DNA of 64,000 nt from an uncultured virus (IMG/VR IMGVR_UViG_3300042879_004569). Taxonomy: Duplodnaviria; Heunggongvirae; Uroviricota; Caudoviricetes. Positions 56,587 to 64,000 of this stretch are shown piece by piece. The translations under genes were made by a program, and so were the position numbers. How positions within the stretch are numbered: the stretch's first letter is position 1; the number at the start of each line of letters is the position of its first letter. The DNA is taken from the IMG/VR virus record IMGVR_UViG_3300042879_004569. One strand, written 5' to 3'. The notes beneath the pieces are model-generated. The model had not been told where the DNA came from. It made no database searches and saw only the letters and a list, made by a program, of their open reading frames with translations.

Positions 56587-56709
56587 TTAAGCTGCTTGCC
56601 ACAATTTATTTCCAATGTAGGCCAGCATTGCTGCGCATGCTGTCCACATAAGATCAGTCAACAACTCCGAAAGCTTGGGGAAAATAACAGAAGAAATGAA
56701 TTCAAACAT
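56587..56709 (-). CDS. 40-aa hydrophobic peptide
   Basis: MFEFISSVIFPKLSELLTDLMWTACAAMLAYIGNKLWQAA, 21 nt after pseudoknot motif. Confidence 0.55.
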   Translation of the reverse strand: MFEFISSVIFPKLSELLTDLMWTACAAMLAYIGNKLWQAA

Positions 56710-56730
56710 GATTGAAATGAGTTAAAAGGT

Positions 56731-56759
56731 CTGGGCAGTTTAACGTCTTACCCAGGACG
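56731..56759 (-). promoter_or_regulatory. pseudoknot-like leader motif, copy 1
   Basis: CGTC-CTGGGTAA-GACG-TTAAAC-TGCCCAG. Confidence 0.65.
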
Positions 56760-56777
56760 ATCAGTCTATCAGGTCTG

Positions 56778-57227
56778 TCAACCCCCTTCGTTAAGTTTGG
56801 TTACCGTGTTTTCCCCTGGAAAATTTGAGTCTCGATCTTCTGCAAGAAAACCGTTTTTATTTTGTTCGACAAACGTTTTCATGTAGTCAACCAAGGCTTC
56901 AATTTTTACATCCACGGATTTAATTTCCTCCATCATTTCCTCCCGTGTTGGGATAATTCCATAGTCGTAACTATGTTCTTTAATGGCTTCAGGATCATTT
57001 TTCTTTTGATGAACCCGAGCAACATCTTCAGCACGGTATCCAACATCTTGGAAAAAATCCCAAAGAAGTTTGTCCGTGTAACGATCAAACTTTAAACCCC
57101 TGGTTTCAGCTCGAAGCTGCACCGCCAAAAATAAATCGGCAAGTTTTTCAGCTTCTTCTAAAACAATTTTTTTAAACTGTTCGTCAGACAATCCGTAAGA
57201 ATCAAAAGCCATGGAATCAAATTTCAT
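56778..57227 (-). CDS. hypothetical protein
   Basis: 149-aa ORF. Confidence 0.6.
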   Translation of the reverse strand: MKFDSMAFDSYGLSDEQFKKIVLEEAEKLADLFLAVQLRAETRGLKFDRYTDKLLWDFFQDVGYRAEDVARVHQKKNDPEAIKEHSYDYGIIPTREEMMEEIKSVDVKIEALVDYMKTFVEQNKNGFLAEDRDSNFPGENTVTKLNEGG

Positions 57228-57423
57228 TAGTGGAATACTTTTCGATAGCTTTGGTTAAAGCATCAAGAATAAATTTTTCTTGACCTTCTTTACCCAAAGA
57301 ATTCCAATAGTCAAGCTCGGGATCTGTTTCATCCCATTCAATGTTGATGGACATGGATCCATCTTCTTCGTCAATGCATTCAATCGTTAGCTTTTCGATC
57401 CAGTTGCTGTTCAACATGGCCAA
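57217..57423 (-). CDS. hypothetical protein
   Basis: EDGSMSINIEWDETDP motif. Confidence 0.55.
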   Translation of the reverse strand: MAMLNSNWIEKLTIECIDEEDGSMSINIEWDETDPELDYWNSLGKEGQEKFILDALTKAIEKYSTNEI

Positions 57424-57589
57424 TCAGAACGTTTTGGGCGTAGTTTTCGTGGTGCATTCTAAGGTCAGCAGCGAGTTTTACAAGCTCCCAGTGAACATCT
57501 TCTGGAAGCTCAAGATCATAGCGCGTGTGGCTAGCCATGTGATTTTGAGTTGCAAGTTGACGTGCGTATTCAAGAATGTCATCAGTCAT
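57380..57589 (-). CDS. hypothetical protein, possibly ribbon-helix-helix
   Basis: YDLELPEDVHWELVKLAA pattern. Confidence 0.45.
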   Translation of the reverse strand: MTDDILEYARQLATQNHMASHTRYDLELPEDVHWELVKLAADLRMHHENYAQNVLIGHVEQQLDRKAND

Positions 57590-57816
57590 TTGTCCAGTGA
57601 TATCACAGGGCGTCGGGCGGTGCGGAGTTGTTTACTCCAATATCCATCATTAAGATTGTCTAACGCCTCACAACACGCCTCTAACTCTTGGTCAGCGCCC
57701 CACTGTGCGGCTTGAGCAGCAACTTGAGGAAACATCGGCTCGTTGTGATTTGATTCTTTTTGCCATTCTTTCACTAGTTTTAATGGTGGAATAAATAAAG
57801 TTTGTTGAGCAGTCAT
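57586..57816 (-). CDS. HPITPPP/WGADQEL family protein, copy 3 (shortened)
   Basis: PPLKLVKEW...AAQWGADQELEACCEALDNLNDG.WS..LR.ARRP. Confidence 0.65.
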   Translation of the reverse strand: MTAQQTLFIPPLKLVKEWQKESNHNEPMFPQVAAQAAQWGADQELEACCEALDNLNDGYWSKQLRTARRPVISLDK

Positions 57817-58773
57817 TTACTTTTTAGAAAAAGCAGAAAGTTGTGGCAGCGCGGTACCTGGGAAAGGAACATAGTCCGCAGCCATCATATTGAAAAACAA
57901 ATCCCAGGCATCTTTTTGTGTGAATACTTCAGATTGTTTGTAGGTTCGCCAATGAGTCAACGGAGCCTGGGCCCCATATTTTGTATGTAGCAAAACAAAT
58001 CGCCCATCACTAGTGGCATCAGCAGGAGGTGCATACCACCAAGCAACGCACTTGTCAGGAGCTTGACCACGGCAACTAGAGCGAACACGAGCGCGTTCAC
58101 ACAGCAATTCTCTGTACTTGGCAAACCAAGTTAAGTGAATACAAAACGGTTTGTAACCCTGGATTTCTTTTTGAAAATCTTCAAGATTGTTTAACTGTCT
58201 TTGAAAAGATCCGCATGAGCAATACGGTTCCATTTTCGGTAATTCCTGGTGGCCACCAGGCTTAATATCTTCGCCCATTTCAGGAGCATCAAAATCAATG
58301 GTGTTATTAATCTCTTGGATACCATCTGGGGCAACCAAATGTCCAAGATCAGTTTGCTCTGAATGTAGCAATGATATGAGTTTAGAACGATCAGATAGAT
58401 GAATGAATTTATCAATCCACGCACGTTGAAGTTGCGCAGATGGAAGCCGATGACTGAGTTGGTGTTGGTAGTGCCACCCTTTGAAAATGATGTAAGAATT
58501 ACTGTGCCAAATGGATGGGCCACGGTAGTTAGGTCCTAAGTATGAGAAGAAGTCTTTAAGACGTTTTGTGTAGGAGACGAAGGCGTCTTTGATGGGCTGT
58601 GTGGGAAATACACGCTCTGCACCATCGCGATACACCACAACACAAGAATCAGATCGGAGAGTAATGGCGGCGATATCTGAATCGTCAAAATCCTGGAACG
58701 CACGACGGATATTAGTTCGCGAATAAATAAGAGCTTGCGCATTGTTAAGTTGCGTAATCGTTTGAGTTGTCAT
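57817..58773 (-). CDS. SWIM zinc-finger protein
   Basis: YCSCGSF...FCIHL. Confidence 0.65.
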   Translation of the reverse strand: MTTQTITQLNNAQALIYSRTNIRRAFQDFDDSDIAAITLRSDSCVVVYRDGAERVFPTQPIKDAFVSYTKRLKDFFSYLGPNYRGPSIWHSNSYIIFKGWHYQHQLSHRLPSAQLQRAWIDKFIHLSDRSKLISLLHSEQTDLGHLVAPDGIQEINNTIDFDAPEMGEDIKPGGHQELPKMEPYCSCGSFQRQLNNLEDFQKEIQGYKPFCIHLTWFAKYRELLCERARVRSSCRGQAPDKCVAWWYAPPADATSDGRFVLLHTKYGAQAPLTHWRTYKQSEVFTQKDAWDLFFNMMAADYVPFPGTALPQLSAFSKK

Positions 58774-58796
58774 GATTTGAAAACAATTGAGATGAA

Positions 58797-59003
58797 TTAA
58801 ATGAAGAGTTGATCTTCTTCTTTGGTTACATAGGTTGCACCTTGCTGTCGGTCAACCATTTTCTTAGCAATCTTGCCAACCTTGTAAGAGGCATAGACGC
58901 CAAGCACCAAGTATAAAGGACTGGCCGCCAGCCCGGCAACCACCCCGCCAACCAGGCCAACAGCACTGGAAGCAAGCAGTGAAGTTTTAGTTGCTTTGTC
59001 CAT
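58797..59003 (-). CDS. small membrane protein
   Basis: Gly/Ala/Val hydrophobic segment. Confidence 0.55.
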   Translation of the reverse strand: MDKATKTSLLASSAVGLVGGVVAGLAASPLYLVLGVYASYKVGKIAKKMVDRQQGATYVTKEEDQLFI

Positions 59004-59069
59004 TGTGTTTGTTAATACAATCCGTAAATTGAATTTACTTTTAACTGTGTAAGTAAAATAGATTAAACA

Positions 59070-59345
59070 TTGGATCTATCCATGGAAGAAATAAAATACG
59101 TTCCGTTAAATAAATTTCAAATTGAACCAACGCTTGATGACAAGTTTTGGCTTGAGAAAATTAAACGTTCCATTGAAGATTGCAATTCAGTTAGCGCCTT
59201 AAAAGAGATGGCGACCTTGCTTGCGCAGATCGCCACCAACAGACAAGGAGTAATTAGAGGGCTGGTTCAAGATATGTTCATCTTTAATAATGTTGCCATT
59301 AATCAAGATGACATTGCCAACCCTCAAATTCCCGCTAAGGAATAA
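59070..59345 (+). CDS. hypothetical protein, weakly NblA-like
   Basis: PTLDDKFWLEKI...SALKEMATLL...RQGVIRGLV; lone + gene with TAAAAT box. Confidence 0.45.
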   Translation: MDLSMEEIKYVPLNKFQIEPTLDDKFWLEKIKRSIEDCNSVSALKEMATLLAQIATNRQGVIRGLVQDMFIFNNVAINQDDIANPQIPAKE

Positions 59346-59348
59346 TCA

Positions 59349-60449
59349 TCAGAACGACATATCTTCTCCAGTTGTTTCATCCCGAGCGGGAAGAGCTTTT
59401 ACATCAACAGGATCAGCAGTCCTGGAGACAGGCAGAATTTCAACACCTGCTTTGATTCCGTAGGCACCGTTGAGCTTTTCAGCATCTTGACGGGCGTGCT
59501 GGTTGATGTAATCGTTGAACATTTCCTGGTACTTCCAGGTTGATTCACGATCTTCATCAGGAATCGACAGACGATTCAATGATTCGACTGCGTCTTCTTG
59601 ACTGCTGTAATCAGGGATGTTAAAAGATTCAATTGCGCAGATCTCAACGTTGTTGGCTCCACGCATTTCGTTGGCAAGTACCGGAGCAAAAACGGTAGTG
59701 GCGTAGAACTTTTCATTAAACGCAAGCGGCACTTCTGAATCCAAAGCCTTGCTCAGACACTTGGACATTTCCTTTTCGTACATGCGTACTTTTTCGGAGA
59801 TGTCAGTGCCATTCAGTCCTTTCAACGTCAGCACCATTGGGATCTTGTGAGCCCGTTTGTTTTCCTGCGTCAAGATATACACCAGGTATTTGGTGCGAAC
59901 GCTGTACTTACGCTTGTACATCTCACCTTTGCTGTTGGCAAGATCAGATGCAAGCTTGTCGGCTTCAAATAATTCTTTGACATCAGGATTGTCAAAGGTA
60001 CCAATCGTTTGCCTCATCCCTGAGGTTTCTTCCACCATAAGTGGGGAACGCAAAAGGATTTGAATTCGAGGCTCAACAAAATTAAGTCCTTCTTCCACTG
60101 AAGTGTTGGGAGCCATGCCGAAAGTTTGCTTGTAGTTCCAAATGACTGAACCTTTAGCAAAGTCACTTTCAGTGGCGTTCCATCCACAAGTGTCAAGGTC
60201 TGAGTTCCGCACGAACCAACCTCGTGTCTTGGACTTGTTGAGAGGTTGAATGGTGACGAGATTTTGGTAGCCGGACACAAACTTTTTATCTTGGAAAAGT
60301 TTGAAGGAATCCAAGCCACGGGTAGCAAGAGCAGAGGTCTTTTTCACAGTCATGGTCGTAGTAGTTTTTGCAGAAGGTTTGGATTGAGTGATTGCCTCGA
60401 TGTTATCCATCTGGGCATCACTTGTCATGTCAGTCAGAGTTGCTGTCAT
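59349..60449 (-). CDS. DUF5895-like protein, candidate DNA-metabolism protein
   Basis: PRIQILLRSPL, RTKYLVYIL...N...H.IP.VLTLKG; high-expression codon usage; acidic tail ending in F. Confidence 0.5.
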   Translation of the reverse strand: MTATLTDMTSDAQMDNIEAITQSKPSAKTTTTMTVKKTSALATRGLDSFKLFQDKKFVSGYQNLVTIQPLNKSKTRGWFVRNSDLDTCGWNATESDFAKGSVIWNYKQTFGMAPNTSVEEGLNFVEPRIQILLRSPLMVEETSGMRQTIGTFDNPDVKELFEADKLASDLANSKGEMYKRKYSVRTKYLVYILTQENKRAHKIPMVLTLKGLNGTDISEKVRMYEKEMSKCLSKALDSEVPLAFNEKFYATTVFAPVLANEMRGANNVEICAIESFNIPDYSSQEDAVESLNRLSIPDEDRESTWKYQEMFNDYINQHARQDAEKLNGAYGIKAGVEILPVSRTADPVDVKALPARDETTGEDMSF

Positions 60450-60471
60450 GGTTAGTTCATAATGGAACGGC

Positions 60472-60498
60472 GGATGCTTTTAACGTCATCCCAGGACG
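60472..60498 (-). promoter_or_regulatory. pseudoknot-like leader motif, copy 2
   Basis: CGTC-CTGGGAT-GACG-TTAAAAGC-ATCC. Confidence 0.6.
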
Positions 60499-60503
60499 TA
60501 CCA

Positions 60504-60737
60504 TTAAGCTACTTCCATTGCCAATTCCAACTTGTAGTCTGGTTTGTTTTGTAAGTAATCTTCATGTTCGTCTACAATGGTTTGCATTGCAGAATGAATA
60601 CTTTCCCTGGCGTAACCCATCGAAAGTAAAAAACAAACAAAGTGGTTCATTACTTCATCAGTAGTAATACCAAAAGATTCATAAATAATTTTTGAATCTT
60701 GATCTTGATAATTAAAAACAACTTTGTGTTCAGTCAT
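60504..60737 (-). CDS. hypothetical protein
   Basis: 77-aa ORF (F..FLLSMGY). Confidence 0.55.
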   Translation of the reverse strand: MTEHKVVFNYQDQDSKIIYESFGITTDEVMNHFVCFLLSMGYARESIHSAMQTIVDEHEDYLQNKPDYKLELAMEVA

Positions 60738-60945
60738 TATTTTTTTGCTTTGAGTTGTCGTGTTCTTCTTTAATAGCTACAAACAAATCAGCAATAGCAA
60801 AAGCTGCTTTTCCGATAGCAGTAGCATCCTCTACAAGATTGGCTTCAGAATTAGGAACACTATCAATGTATTTTGAAATGTTGTCTAAGAAAATTTCTGA
60901 AGCAACATAATCTCTGTAAGAATTTTCAGTAATGAAATGATTCAT
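60730..60945 (-). CDS. hypothetical protein
   Basis: RDY.A...AFAIAD motif. Confidence 0.55.
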   Translation of the reverse strand: MNHFITENSYRDYVASEIFLDNISKYIDSVPNSEANLVEDATAIGKAAFAIADLFVAIKEEHDNSKQKNND

Positions 60946-60951
60946 GGTGAA

Positions 60952-61746
60952 TTAAAAAGGTGCGTTTTCAAGATCAGGTGCAGAGCCATAATTTCCAGGA
61001 AGATCAGGCAGTCCGCCATCATTCCACGGATTGTCATCTAAAGTTTTACCACCCCAAAGAGAAGTGACCTTACTTCCCTCTTGTACTGTTGTTTGAGGTG
61101 TAATCTCTTTCCCAGGCAATGAAGGCTTGGGAGCCAGAGTCATATTAATAAGTTGAATTTTGGTTGCATGCTTACGTTCTTTGGTAGTGGAATCAGTCCA
61201 CTCGTCTGTAACCAAGCGACCATTAATAGTTAAGCCAACACCTTTGCGTGTAAAGTTTACAAGCAACTCAGCATTGTTTAATTTATCTTTATTTGTATTG
61301 ATTGCGTAGAAATTAAATAAATCCGCTTGATTTCTTCCTGTGTTAACAGAAAGAGTTTGATTACAAATCATCAAGCCATCGGCCGTTGTTTTAAATGCCC
61401 GCTCGTCTTCACGATGGATATCTTTAACGCAGCGGCCGCTGAGGATGACTGTATTAAACAAAGGGAATGTTTCATCAACCTTTGCGATAACGCCTCCATG
61501 GAGCGAAAACGTTCTGGTGTCAAGGTCGTACCGTAGCTTGGAACCATGAATAAAAATCAAAGAGTTTTTAGGAAGTCCTGAAATTTTTTCACCGGCCTTG
61601 CCGTAGATGTTAAGTTCAATTGGAGTTGCAGCTTTGTTACCTACGGGAGGCAACAAAAGATTACAACGCAATGCAGTGGAAGTGGCGCTGACATAAACCT
61701 CGCGAGGCGCTTCGGTTGTCTGTGCGCAAACGCTAACAAAGTTCAT
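60952..61746 (-). CDS. ssb: single-stranded DNA-binding protein (tandem OB folds)
   Basis: NTVILSGR..KD, KG..LTINGRL....WTD......H, acidic tail ending APF; N-terminal second OB-like unit. Confidence 0.78.
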   Translation of the reverse strand: MNFVSVCAQTTEAPREVYVSATSTALRCNLLLPPVGNKAATPIELNIYGKAGEKISGLPKNSLIFIHGSKLRYDLDTRTFSLHGGVIAKVDETFPLFNTVILSGRCVKDIHREDERAFKTTADGLMICNQTLSVNTGRNQADLFNFYAINTNKDKLNNAELLVNFTRKGVGLTINGRLVTDEWTDSTTKERKHATKIQLINMTLAPKPSLPGKEITPQTTVQEGSKVTSLWGGKTLDDNPWNDGGLPDLPGNYGSAPDLENAPF

Positions 61747-61765
61747 AAATCAAAAGTAGGGTAGA

Positions 61766-61792
61766 AGGCAGTTTAACGTCATGCCTGGGACG
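61766..61792 (-). promoter_or_regulatory. pseudoknot-like leader motif, copy 3
   Basis: CGTC-CCAGGCAT-GACG-TTAAAC-TGCCT. Confidence 0.65.
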
Positions 61793-61800
61793 ACGCAAGT

Positions 61801-62403
61801 TTAATCTTCCAGTTGAGCAGCGTCTTTTTTTGTAAAGGGTTTGTCACTAATCTCAGCGTTTCCAAAAGCCACTTTGTCTAAGTGATTAGGACCCATTACC
61901 TTTCCGTTCCAATCGGTTCCAACGGAAGACGGCTCAACACCATTCAACCAATGTTGAATTGATAAGAACACTGCCCCATTCTTTTCCCCTGAAAAACCAC
62001 CATGGATATCATTGGGTCTAACCCTTGTACATGAACCACGCAGCAATGCTGTCTTAAAAGTGCTATTAGGATTTTCGCAAATAAATTCTTCGGGTTGAAT
62101 TAGTTTCCCACTGTGCGACAAACGTAATTCTCCGCCTACATAAACTTCAATACTGTCAACGTTTGGATGCGTATGTTCAGGGACAATAACCCCTGGTGGA
62201 CCCATAAACAATTGAGTTTGAAATGGTGGTCGTCTATGCACAACCAAAGAAACAATATTCTCAACACTCCAAAATGGATTTTGAAAAGGAACAAAACCAA
62301 TCAAAGGAACTTCATTTAAAACCCAAAGAGCATAACGCTCCAGTTCATCCATTTCATCTAATGGAGTCCCTGGTGAAATGTAATTAACAAATTCTTTGTT
62401 CAT
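61801..62403 (-). CDS. cupin-fold protein
   Basis: PEHTHPNVDSIE...GG and P...HG metal-binding cupin motifs. Confidence 0.65.
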   Translation of the reverse strand: MNKEFVNYISPGTPLDEMDELERYALWVLNEVPLIGFVPFQNPFWSVENIVSLVVHRRPPFQTQLFMGPPGVIVPEHTHPNVDSIEVYVGGELRLSHSGKLIQPEEFICENPNSTFKTALLRGSCTRVRPNDIHGGFSGEKNGAVFLSIQHWLNGVEPSSVGTDWNGKVMGPNHLDKVAFGNAEISDKPFTKKDAAQLED

Positions 62404-62407
62404 AGTA

Positions 62408-64000
62408 TTAATGTGTTTCAGCCCATGTCGATCCTACGTGGGCATCGCCTTCAATTGGACACTGGAAACCAAAAAATTTCTGTGCCTTTGGAAACGAATC
62501 CAACGCCGTTTGTTTCAACGTTTCAACCATGGAGTGTGGGCAAGAGATTTGGATTTCATCATGGATCATGGCGTGTTGTTGCCAATCCATTCCATAAACA
62601 AAACTTTTTTCATCCATTGCTTTATGTAGTTCAATAACTACTTGTTTCATAATCAATGCACCAGATGATTGTAATAAAACATTTAAACCTTTGAATTCGG
62701 AACGGCAGTAAAGAATACGCCCGTCTAATCCTTTTAAATAATTCCTATCTTGAATGGTACCCTCAAGCATACGCTTTAATTGACGCAGAGCAGGCACACC
62801 ATTCATGAATGAATTAATAGCGTTACTTCCCATTGAACGTAGAACTTCTTGATCTTTTTCATTCGGATCAATAATTGTGCCAGCTTTTAATGCACCACAG
62901 CCATACAACAATCCATACAACAAACGTTTACTAATGTCTCTGGTAGCCACACCAAAACGTTCTTGATTGTATGTATGGATATCAATGTTTTCGTTTGTAA
63001 CAATTGAAGCGTATTCACCTTGATCCCAGAACGCCAGATATCCTGCAAGGCAACGAAGTTCTAATGCCTTTGCATCAACACCGATTAAAACTGATCCTTG
63101 CGGCGCGTGAAAAAGATTCCGGCATTCTTTTCCGTAAGGCGAATAAGACGCTGGAACTTGACCCATATTTGGATTACGATGTGCGCAGCGCCCAGTAATG
63201 CAACCGTTAGTAATAAGGTCGCCATGAATACATAGATCGTCATTGTTGACAAGCTTGAGCCAGGCGTTGTTTCCATCTGCTATTTGGCCAAGTCTTTTCT
63301 CAACGAGCATGTATTCCGCAAGGGACTTTGCCTCAGGATATGGAAGTGCTTCAAGTACATCGTCATTAAGAACCGGGTTGCCTTTATCAGTAGTTTTTTC
63401 TGGAGTCCACCCGTACTTCGACTGTAAACGTTCAACAATTTGCGTGCGAGAACCAGGATTAAATTCCCGATATGCAACTTTAGTGAAGGGTTGGCCTTTA
63501 ATATATCCACGTTTTGAGTTGTTAACCTTTGGTACAAATATAGTTTCATTTTTAATAGGTGGAAATAATTCTTTTAAATGGGCTTCAAGTTCTTTTTGTT
63601 TTGCTCTGAGATCATCCACCAAATCAAGACATGCATCAATATCAAAAGGAAAACCTGTTCTAATTTGTTGGTCAATTGCCAGAGCAAAGTCGTGCTCAAG
63701 TTTGAGAGCGGATTCACCATAGTTTTCTTTTTGGATGAGCTGGAATAATTTGTGAGTGACGTTGACATCCTGGACGCAGTAGTCCAACATTTCCTGCGAG
63801 TACTCTGTGAAATCTTTAAATTCAATTTTGTGATCAGCCAAGCGATACCCCCATGCCTTAAGGCTCGCGGACCCCTTAAGCTTCGGTGGAATATCCGAAT
63901 ATTGTTCATTGTCAAGGTCATTTAGAATCTCCTTGGGCCAGATGAGTCGAGTACAAATGAGTGTGTCGATAATTCGTGCGGCACGAAATGTATAAAACGG
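62408..64000 (-). CDS. polA: DNA polymerase family A (T7-like), 5' end outside window
   Basis: Frame open to window end; SLKAWGYRL, YCVQDV, TGRCAH..PN, DAKALELR, RDISKRLLYGLLYG, IHDE. Confidence 0.95.
   Translation of the reverse strand, partial: PFYTFRAARIIDTLICTRLIWPKEILNDLDNEQYSDIPPKLKGSASLKAWGYRLADHKIEFKDFTEYSQEMLDYCVQDVNVTHKLFQLIQKENYGESALKLEHDFALAIDQQIRTGFPFDIDACLDLVDDLRAKQKELEAHLKELFPPIKNETIFVPKVNNSKRGYIKGQPFTKVAYREFNPGSRTQIVERLQSKYGWTPEKTTDKGNPVLNDDVLEALPYPEAKSLAEYMLVEKRLGQIADGNNAWLKLVNNDDLCIHGDLITNGCITGRCAHRNPNMGQVPASYSPYGKECRNLFHAPQGSVLIGVDAKALELRCLAGYLAFWDQGEYASIVTNENIDIHTYNQERFGVATRDISKRLLYGLLYGCGALKAGTIIDPNEKDQEVLRSMGSNAINSFMNGVPALRQLKRMLEGTIQDRNYLKGLDGRILYCRSEFKGLNVLLQSSGALIMKQVVIELHKAMDEKSFVYGMDWQQHAMIHDEIQISCPHSMVETLKQTALDSFPKAQKFFGFQCPIEGDAHVGSTWAETH

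Noticed and set aside
57222..57236. Possible fourth TAGTC-N5-CAC motif (TATTCCACTAATG)
   Set aside because: Only the 3' half matches; could be chance
1..64000. Stop-codon reassignment
   Set aside because: Core genes are full length in the standard code and all three stops end genes

Overview
A 64-kb segment of a tailed dsDNA phage genome. It is probably a freshwater cyanophage, inferred from NblA-like genes, a cyanobacterial-type recombinase relic, and overall gene content reminiscent of S-EIV1-like phages; this was not verified by search. About 0-33 kb is mostly + strand morphogenesis and lysis: terminase, portal, scaffold, major capsid, virion proteins, Thr/Gly-repeat tail fibres and four peptidoglycan hydrolases. 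About 33-64 kb is mostly - strand: an inverted-repeat locus, glycosyltransferases with Gmd and a ColD-like dehydratase, SpeD, primase-helicase, exonuclease, Dps-like protein, many small early genes, SSB and a family A DNA polymerase cut by the window end. The most notable unexplained structures are: (1) a three-copy covarying pseudoknot-like leader before DNA-metabolism genes; (2) a 554-nt portal/scaffold dual-coding overlap; (3) a circularly permuted M23 peptidase; (4) a deoxysugar/glycosyltransferase module with [S/T]G-rich virion proteins; (5) a mini-cassette array bounded by a TAGTC-N5-CAC motif; (6) a 266-bp nested inverted repeat beside two degenerate HNH genes; (7) a tRNA-like element. 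All protein calls come from motif recognition by eye; no database searches were run.
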